NCBI GenBank assembly: GCA_035550715.1 | Contig: DASZOP010000014.1 | Location: 1 to 37,856 of the forward strand | Length of the DNA stretch: 37,856 bases | Reading direction: 5' to 3' | Source of the DNA: Gemmatimonadota bacterium | Lineage (GTDB): Bacteria > Gemmatimonadota > Gemmatimonadetes > JACCXV01 > JAHWKZ01 | In this document: piece after piece, positions 1 through 6,040 of the stretch | Layout: each line of letters starts with the position of its first letter | Numbering within the stretch: position 1 is the stretch's first letter | Program-made: the position numbers and the translations under genes | Notes under the pieces: generated by a model | Told to the model about the DNA's origin: nothing | Database searches by the model: none | What the model saw: the letters and a program-made list of their open reading frames with translations, nothing else

Positions 1-117
1 CGTCTTGGCTGCGATCACGACGTTGGCGCCGTCCCGCGCGGCCCTGAGCGCGATCGCCCGTCCGATCCCGCGCGACGCCCCGGTAACGAAGACCGTCCTC
101 CCCCGCAGAGAGGTCAC
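1..117 (-). CDS. Short-chain dehydrogenase/reductase (SDR), N-terminal 39 codons only; truncated by the window edge
   Basis: The minus-strand frame reads V-TSLRGRTVFVTGASRGIGRAIALRAARDGANVVIAAKT. This is a classic SDR TGxxxGxG Rossmann N-terminus and resembles HSDL2-type SDRs. GTG at 117..115 is the only in-frame start candidate I see. Confidence 0.6.
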   Translation of the reverse strand, partial: MTSLRGRTVFVTGASRGIGRAIALRAARDGANVVIAAKT

Positions 118-263
118 GCTGGGAATGGCGCCGGAGAAGTCGGCCTCTCAAAAAGGCCCAGATCCAAGGCGCGCGAGCGAGGACGACCGGGGCGTACGGT
201 TCGTGTACGCCGCAGGGCGGCCGAACTCGCGCAACGAAGGAGATGGGCCGTTTTCAGAGGCCG

Positions 264-1436
264 TCAGGCAGGAACGAGCAGCGCGGTGGCGTACATCAGG
301 ACAATCCCCACCCCCGCGCCCACCATCACCTCCCCGCGCCACAGGCCGGACACCCCCTCCCCGCGACGGCCCGCCACCAGACGGCCGACCTCGACGATCA
401 CCTGCAGGATCGCTCCCGCACCGACGGCCAGGAAGACGGCGGCCCACATGGGATCGAAGACGAGCCCGCCGATCCAGCACCCGATCACCGCCGGACCGCC
501 CGCCAGAAGCGCCAGGCCGGCGAAGTGTCGCAGACGCGGCTCGCTCCTGAGGAGAGGGGCGGCGATCCCGATCCCCTCGGTGATGTTGTGAAGGGTGAAG
601 CCGACGACGAGGAAGGTCCCCAGCCCGACCGCGCCGGTGGCCAGGGCCGCGCCGATCGCCAGGCCCTCGCCCAGATTGTGTAGCCCGATCCCGAGCGCGA
701 TGAACGTGGCCACCGCGAGCGGCGAGAGATCGCTCCCGCGGGCGCGGCGCCGGGCGGTGAACGCCAGCAGGCCCGCCAGGGTCGCCAGGGCTACGATCCA
801 GACCAGGATCGGCGCGTGGAACGCTCCCGCGGCCTCTCCCGCCAGCTCGAGCGCCTCGGCCAGCGTGTCGATCGCCAGGAAGACGAGCAGGCCGACCGTC
901 AACGCGAGAAGGAAGTCGATCCCGCGCCGCCCGAGGGCGCGCAGGAAGGGATACGTCGCCAGCCCGAGGGCCACCGGGAGGACGCCCACGTAGAGGCCGA
1001 GCAGGGCCAGCCGACCGAACCAGCCGGGTGTCGCGCTGGGGGTCCGGGTGGCGACCTCGATCGTGGCGTCGAAGGTGATCCCGTTGCGCGACACGAGCCG
1101 GACCTCGTGGGTCTCGCCCTCGACCCACGGGTACGGGATCTCGATCGTGGCCCGGCCGAGACGGTCGATCGTGGCATGGGGGTGGATTCCGAAGGCCCAG
1201 ACCGCGTCGTCGACGGCCACCTGATGGATCGTGACCGGATCCTGGCCGCCGTTGACGACGTGGACGCGGATCCGCCCGGCGTCGGGCAGCTCGATCCTCT
1301 CGACGGTCAGCTCCTCGATCGGTGGCGCCATTCGCTCCAGCCCGACGCCGCGGCCCAGCAGGAAGGCCAGCAGGCCGACCAGCGCGACCACGGTGACCAG
1401 GCCCAGGACCCGGGCCCGGCTATCCTTCGCGGACAT
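264..1436 (-). CDS. ZIP-family divalent metal permease with an N-terminal TM anchor plus a non-membrane domain of about 110 aa
   Basis: 390-aa ORF. The C-terminal ~250 aa are multi-TM and carry the ZIP/ZupT signature pair HNLGEGLAIG and HNITEGIGIA. The N-terminus has one TM (LGLVTVVALVGLLAFLL) followed by a soluble segment (ELTVERIELPDAGRIRVHVVNGGQDPVTIHQVAV...). The ATG at 1436 lies 17 nt inside the upstream MCO gene. Confidence 0.8.
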   Translation of the reverse strand: MSAKDSRARVLGLVTVVALVGLLAFLLGRGVGLERMAPPIEELTVERIELPDAGRIRVHVVNGGQDPVTIHQVAVDDAVWAFGIHPHATIDRLGRATIEIPYPWVEGETHEVRLVSRNGITFDATIEVATRTPSATPGWFGRLALLGLYVGVLPVALGLATYPFLRALGRRGIDFLLALTVGLLVFLAIDTLAEALELAGEAAGAFHAPILVWIVALATLAGLLAFTARRRARGSDLSPLAVATFIALGIGLHNLGEGLAIGAALATGAVGLGTFLVVGFTLHNITEGIGIAAPLLRSEPRLRHFAGLALLAGGPAVIGCWIGGLVFDPMWAAVFLAVGAGAILQVIVEVGRLVAGRRGEGVSGLWRGEVMVGAGVGIVLMYATALLVPA

Positions 1437-2493
1437 CGAAGAACCCCATCCAACCCAGCTCGGCGAACTCGCTCTGGTGGGCGTGGAACATGAAGCGGCC
1501 GGGATGGCGAAACGCCAGCTCGAGCACGTGACGCTCCCCCTGGCAGAACATGATCGTGTCGGTGAACTCGGTCGGCTCGAGACCGGTGCCGGTCCGATAG
1601 ACGTCGAAGAAGTTTGCGTGCAGGTGAATCGAGTTCACGAGATCGAACTCGAGTACGTTGACGACGTACAGTCGAACTCTCTCCCCCACCACCGCCGGAA
1701 GCGGGTGGCGCATGTAGTGGAAGGCCACCGTGTTCACGGCGTAGAACTCGTTCTCGTTGTCGAAGTTCGTGTCGAAGCCGTTCATGACCATGACGTATTC
1801 CCGCGCCGGCGGCCGCCCGCCGGGCGGATCGACGATGAACGCCCCGTAGAGGCCCTTGTGGATGTGACGTCTGAGCGGGGTCGTGTGGCAGTGGTAGAGG
1901 TGAAGGCCATAGGGCTCGGCGTCGAATTCATAGACGAACCCCCGCCCGGGCTCCACGTTCTCGAAGACGCCGTCCATGTCGGCCGGGTGGAAGCCATGGA
2001 AGTGGATTGTGTGGGCGTGGCTCCCGGCGTTGGTGAAGCGGACCCGGATCCGGTCTCCCTCCGAGCACCGGATCGTGGGCCCCGGAACCCGACCGTTGTA
2101 CGTCCATGCCGGGAACCATACGCCCGGCGCGATTTCGATCTCGCGGTCGAGGGCGACCATGTCGTACTCGCGGAGCGTGCGGCCGTCCGGCAGCCGGCTC
2201 ACGTTGCCGGTGTCGAAATGGGTGGCGAAGGCGCTCGGATCGAATCCGCCCGGCCGGATGTCCTTGACCGGGCCACCGCCCCCCGCCCCGCCGTGAAGAT
2301 GGGGGACCTCGACCCGCGGCTGGAGAAGGCCCCCGCGCCGGCCCGTCTGGCTGAACGCGGCGCCCCCGAGGACCGTCGCACCTGCCAGCGCCCCACCCTT
2401 CAGGACCGTGCGCCGGCTCACGCCAGAGCTCACCCTGCCGGGTTCGGCGCGGCCTGCGTCGGTCTCGTGGATCTCCTTGTCCTCGTTTGACAT
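1420..2493 (-). CDS. Tat-exported two-domain multicopper oxidase
   Basis: 357-aa ORF with a twin-arginine signal (SRRTVLKGGALAGATVLGG). Copper-ligand motifs are HAHTIHFHGFH, YHCHTTPLRRHIHKGL, SIHLHANFF and FMFHAHQSE. The size fits two cupredoxin domains. The H-C-H triad argues for a trinuclear-cluster MCO rather than NirK. Confidence 0.8.
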   Translation of the reverse strand: MSNEDKEIHETDAGRAEPGRVSSGVSRRTVLKGGALAGATVLGGAAFSQTGRRGGLLQPRVEVPHLHGGAGGGGPVKDIRPGGFDPSAFATHFDTGNVSRLPDGRTLREYDMVALDREIEIAPGVWFPAWTYNGRVPGPTIRCSEGDRIRVRFTNAGSHAHTIHFHGFHPADMDGVFENVEPGRGFVYEFDAEPYGLHLYHCHTTPLRRHIHKGLYGAFIVDPPGGRPPAREYVMVMNGFDTNFDNENEFYAVNTVAFHYMRHPLPAVVGERVRLYVVNVLEFDLVNSIHLHANFFDVYRTGTGLEPTEFTDTIMFCQGERHVLELAFRHPGRFMFHAHQSEFAELGWMGFFDVREG

Positions 2494-2546
2494 ACAGGCG
2501 CGTATCCGGTTTGACGCGGTTCGAGGTGATGAATTAGATGAGACTA

Positions 2547-2576
2547 AATATCGCCCCGGGCGGGCGTTCTCGTCAA
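2547..2576 (-). promoter_or_regulatory. Putative sigma70-like promoter for the MCO-ZIP pair
   Basis: The minus strand reads TTGACG (2576..2571), an 18-nt spacer, then GATATT (2552..2547). It sits in the only AT-rich patch of the 2494-2598 spacer, about 55 nt upstream of the MCO ATG. Pattern match only. Confidence 0.2.
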
Positions 2577-2598
2577 GCCGCGGGCCCGCGGGGCGGCC

Positions 2599-3543
2599 TC
2601 ACTCGAGGGTGGGGATCGGTCTCGTCATCGGGCGGGCGTGGCCAGGCGGGGTCTCGGGCTCGAGCTGGATGGTCGTGTGGATGATCGCGTAGCGCTCCCT
2701 GAGGAGGCGGTTCAGACGTGCCAGCAGCATCTCCCGCGACTGGCCGTGGTCGCACACGACGTGCGCGGAGAGGGCCGGGTAGCCGGAGGTGATCGTCCAG
2801 ACGTGCAGATCGTGGACGCCCGCCACGCCCTCGACCGCGCGCAGGGCTTCGATCAGCTCGCCCACGTCGAGCCCCGCGGGTGCGCCCTCGAGAAGCACGT
2901 GGACGGCGTCCCGGACGACGCGCCACGAGGAGATCAGGATCAGGATCCCGATGGCCAGGCTGGCCAGCGGGTCGGCGCGCGTCCAGCCCGTGAGCTGGAT
3001 CACGACAGCGGCGGTCATCGCGCCGATCGACCCCAGCAGATCTCCGAGGACATGGACGCCGGCGCCGCGCAGGTTGAGGCTTCGGTCCGCCGCTCCGCCG
3101 GGACGGTGGAGGATGACGTACGCGACCGCGTTCACGACGAGCCCCCCGAAGGCGACCCCCAGCATCGTTCCGGCGTCGACCGGAGCCGCCTCCCCCAGTC
3201 GCTGGACGGCCTCGATCGCGATCCACGCGACCACGCCCCACATGATGAGGCCGTTGACGAGAGCGACCAGGATCTCGACCCGGCCGTAGGCATAGGTGTG
3301 GCTGATGGTCGCCGGGCGGGTGGACATCCAGAGGGCACCCAGCGCGAGCCCCAGCGAGGCGACGTCGGTGAGCATGTGGCCGGCGTCCGCCAGCAGCGCC
3401 AGGCTGCCGGCGATCCATCCGCCGACGACCTCAGCGACCGCGTACGCCAGGGTGAGCGCGAGCACGAACCGGAGGCGTGCACGCTCGCCTTCCCGAGGCG
3501 GGCCCGCGCCTGGCGGACGCAATGGGGGATGATGGTCGTGCAA
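2599..3543 (-). CDS. Cation diffusion facilitator (CDF) metal efflux protein, CzcD/ZitB-like
   Basis: 314-aa ORF with a His-rich N-terminus (HDHHPP), six TM segments, and CDF signatures SLALLADAGHMLTDV and HVLGDLLGSIG, followed by a C-terminal cytoplasmic domain. The track start is TTG at 3543 with no clear SD. Confidence 0.85.
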   Translation of the reverse strand: MHDHHPPLRPPGAGPPREGERARLRFVLALTLAYAVAEVVGGWIAGSLALLADAGHMLTDVASLGLALGALWMSTRPATISHTYAYGRVEILVALVNGLIMWGVVAWIAIEAVQRLGEAAPVDAGTMLGVAFGGLVVNAVAYVILHRPGGAADRSLNLRGAGVHVLGDLLGSIGAMTAAVVIQLTGWTRADPLASLAIGILILISSWRVVRDAVHVLLEGAPAGLDVGELIEALRAVEGVAGVHDLHVWTITSGYPALSAHVVCDHGQSREMLLARLNRLLRERYAIIHTTIQLEPETPPGHARPMTRPIPTLE

Positions 3544-3557
3544 CGAAGGGAAACCTA

Positions 3558-3571
3558 CGCGGTTTTCCGCG
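3558..3571 (-). terminator. Small GC hairpin downstream of the sugar-transferase gene (weak terminator candidate)
   Basis: The minus strand reads CGCGG-AAAA-CCGCG followed by TAGGTTT. It lies 36 nt after the stop at 3607. The stem is short and the U-tract poor. Confidence 0.2.
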
Positions 3572-3606
3572 GCTCGCGCGAGACGAGCCCGGAACGACCG
3601 CCGGGA

Positions 3607-5697
3607 TCAGCTCGCGCCGGTGGTCCCGGTCCCGGTCGTGGACGCTGTCGCCGGTTCGATCGGGAGCCTCTCGGCCAGGTCGGCCACCATGGCGTCCCGG
3701 GATCCGGAACGCCCTGACCACCGCAGCTCCGGGCCGTCCACCTGGACGAGCTCGACGTTCCTCTCCTGCGCCCAGCGCTTGACGTGATCCAGATCCGTCA
3801 CCACCATCCGCGCGCCGAGCGTGAGGGCGCGCAGCTCCGACCGGCCGGTGTAGGGCACGTACTCCGCCGCCGCGCGATCCCCGTTCGTTTCAGCGGCCAG
3901 CGGACGTGTGAGCAACGAGTCGAACGCGGCCACGTTGTCGGGCGCGACCAGAAACTTCACCCGGCCGCGGGAGAGCAGCATGTCGACCAGTGACGCGCAC
4001 GTGACCCAGCTCTCGGGTGGCAGGCCGGTCCACCGCTGATCGAGCGCGACGAGGACATACCCGTCCCGGCGCGGCCGGGCGTCCGACGGGCGCCACGGCC
4101 GGATGACGACACCGGAGTCGGTCGCATGCGCGTCCGCATCCTTACGGCCCACCTTGGATGCGAGGCCGAAGGTGAAGAAGACCGTCTCCAGCATGATCAG
4201 GAAATCCAGCAGGAGCGACCGATGGTGGATGTAGTACAGGTCGTACTCCAGATTCTCGTGGATCTCGGCGTGACGGTCCGAGCTGAGCTGCCAGATTCCG
4301 GTGATTCCCGGCTTTGCCTCGAGCCGCTGGCGTTCGAGGGCGGTGTATTTCTCGACGATGAAGGGCATCTCGGGCCGCGGCCCGACGATGCTCATCTCGC
4401 CCCTCAGGACGTTGACGAGCTGGGGCAGCTCGTCCATCCCGATCATCCGCAGGATCCGCCCCACCCTGGTGATCCGCGGGTCCGAGTTGTCGCCGATGGG
4501 GGAGGTCTCGTAAGGGTTCGCATCCTTCCGCATGGTCCGGAACTTCAGCATCTCGAAAGGCCGTCCGCCCTCGCCGACCCGCATCTGGCGGAACAGGACG
4601 GGCGACCCCGACTCGAGGCGGATGCCGATCGCGGCCAGGATCCACACCGGCATCATGATCAGCATGAGGCCGCTCGAGACGGCCAGATCTACGCACCGCT
4701 TGGCCGCCGGATACAACCGTCCGGAGCGGGTCGAGCGCGGCCGGAGGAGGGTGATCGCGCTCAGGTCCTCGACCTCGAGCTGATCGGCGCGCACCTCTCC
4801 GAACCGCGGGACGACGCCCACCTTGACGCCGGCCTCGCGGGCCAGCTTGAGGAGCTCGTGATGACGCTCGGCGTTGGTCAGCGACACCGTGACGAGCAGC
4901 TCGTTCACGCCCTTTTCCCGGGCGATCTCCCTGAGGTCCTGGAGGCGGCCGAGGACGCGCGCTTCGTAGACTTCCATGGTCGTCTGGTCGATCCGGCAGT
5001 CCACCGGGGTGCCGCGGGGCGCGAAGTCATCCAGGAAGCCGATCACCGAGCACGCCTTGTGGGGCGCCTGGACGAGCTTCTTCATGAGCAGCCGGCCCGT
5101 CTCACCGCTGCCGTAGATCAGAATCGTGCGCCGGCCCACCCGTCCGCTCAGCCCCAGACCGCGGGCGAAAGCCGAGAACAGCCGCCGCTGAAGAACGACG
5201 AACACCATCGAGAAGAAGAACCCGGCGAACGCCACGAACCGGGAGAACGGCCTGACCTCGCCCAGGAAGACGACAACCAGGAAGAGCGCCGAAGCGAACG
5301 CCGTCCCCTTCAGGGCGTCCGCCATCTCCTGGAGGTTCAAGATGCTGGCGCGTTCCTTGTAAAGGCCCATCCGCCAGAACACGGCCACGACCAGGCCCCC
5401 GAACAGGATGCCCATGTTGATGTAGGGGGCCGGCTGGATGCTGATCGGATCGAGCCAGTTGTGGGTCTCCACCCACGCCCTGAGCAGGAAGCCGGTCCAG
5501 AACGCGAGCAGAACCGAGAAGAAGTCGAGGAGACCGCGGAGGATGGGGATGTGCCGCTGGTCGGACCGCCGCGCGGGAGATGGCGGCGGACGATGCTCCT
5601 GGGGGGTGGAGTCTCCTGTCACCATGCGCGCCTGACTCGAGCCGCTTCGGCCGATGTTGTCCGCATCGAGGCGGTGCGCGGCCTGGGCACCGTCCAC
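3607..5697 (-). CDS. Large polyprenyl-phosphate sugar-phosphotransferase (WbaP/WcaJ-type initiating transferase) with an extra C-terminal domain
   Basis: 696-aa ORF. It has N-terminal TM bundles, a Rossmann-like segment (ILIYGSGETGRLLMKKLV), a reentrant TM, and a bacterial sugar-transferase catalytic core (LKFRTMRKDA, DELPQLVNVLRGEMSIVGPRP, KPGITGIWQ). The core ends near residue 510, and about 180 further residues have no motif I recognise. The track start is GTG at 5697; an ATG at 5625 is an alternative. Confidence 0.8.
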   Translation of the reverse strand: MDGAQAAHRLDADNIGRSGSSQARMVTGDSTPQEHRPPPSPARRSDQRHIPILRGLLDFFSVLLAFWTGFLLRAWVETHNWLDPISIQPAPYINMGILFGGLVVAVFWRMGLYKERASILNLQEMADALKGTAFASALFLVVVFLGEVRPFSRFVAFAGFFFSMVFVVLQRRLFSAFARGLGLSGRVGRRTILIYGSGETGRLLMKKLVQAPHKACSVIGFLDDFAPRGTPVDCRIDQTTMEVYEARVLGRLQDLREIAREKGVNELLVTVSLTNAERHHELLKLAREAGVKVGVVPRFGEVRADQLEVEDLSAITLLRPRSTRSGRLYPAAKRCVDLAVSSGLMLIMMPVWILAAIGIRLESGSPVLFRQMRVGEGGRPFEMLKFRTMRKDANPYETSPIGDNSDPRITRVGRILRMIGMDELPQLVNVLRGEMSIVGPRPEMPFIVEKYTALERQRLEAKPGITGIWQLSSDRHAEIHENLEYDLYYIHHRSLLLDFLIMLETVFFTFGLASKVGRKDADAHATDSGVVIRPWRPSDARPRRDGYVLVALDQRWTGLPPESWVTCASLVDMLLSRGRVKFLVAPDNVAAFDSLLTRPLAAETNGDRAAAEYVPYTGRSELRALTLGARMVVTDLDHVKRWAQERNVELVQVDGPELRWSGRSGSRDAMVADLAERLPIEPATASTTGTGTTGAS

Positions 5698-5949
5698 CGC
5701 CCAACGAGGCGGTCGAGACGGGCACGCACCCGATCCTGGTCTACCTCAGATCGAGATGGCTAACGTGCCCAAGGATACCGTGGCGGACCGGTCGTCCGCA
5801 AGACCCGATCTGCAAAACCTGAGCCAAGCCCCTTCGGCGGCTCGGCACCGGCTCTGCCGGCCCCTCGTACCGGCGAAGCCGAGTCAGGTTCCCCGGGACC
5901 GGCCGATCGGTCCGGTACGGCCGACCCGCGGGTGGTATCTTGGGTCGTC

Positions 5950-6033
5950 GCCGGGGTGGCGGAACTGGTAGACGCGCGGGACTTAAAATCCCGTGGGCGA
6001 AAGCCCGTGCGGGTTCGACCCCCGCCCCCGGCA
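5950..6033 (+). tRNA. tRNA-Leu (anticodon UAA)
   Basis: 84-nt cloverleaf. Acceptor GCCGGGG/CCCCGGC; anticodon arm CGGGA-CTTAAAA-TCCCG (anticodon TAA); long class-II variable arm TGGGCGAAAGCCCGT; T arm GCGGG-TTCGACC-CCCGC; discriminator A. CCA is not encoded. Confidence 0.9.
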
Positions 6034-6040
6034 CTTCTCT

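Noticed and set aside
1420-2493. Copper-containing nitrite reductase (NirK) identity for the two-domain cupredoxin protein.
   Set aside because: NirK has C-A-P after the T1 Cys and lacks the flanking His pair. This protein has H-C-H plus three further HxH motifs, which indicates a trinuclear copper cluster (an MCO).
2511-2539. Plus-strand TTGACG-N17-TTAGAT as a promoter of a plus-strand gene.
   Set aside because: There is no credible plus-strand coding sequence downstream; it faces the 3' end of the minus-strand CDF gene. I kept it only as a possible antisense promoter in a low-interest finding.
5698-6040. tRNA-Leu as a possible integration site for a genomic island, with flanking hairpins at 5783-5799 (GCGGAC-CGGTC-GTCCGC) and 5896-5913 (GGACCG-GCCGAT-CGGTCC).
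   Set aside because: There is no integrase, excisionase or transposase nearby, and I could find no direct repeat of the tRNA 3' end elsewhere in the window. Flanking genes (lon, sugar transferase) have the same composition as the rest. The hairpins lack U-tracts, and I could not assign them any function.
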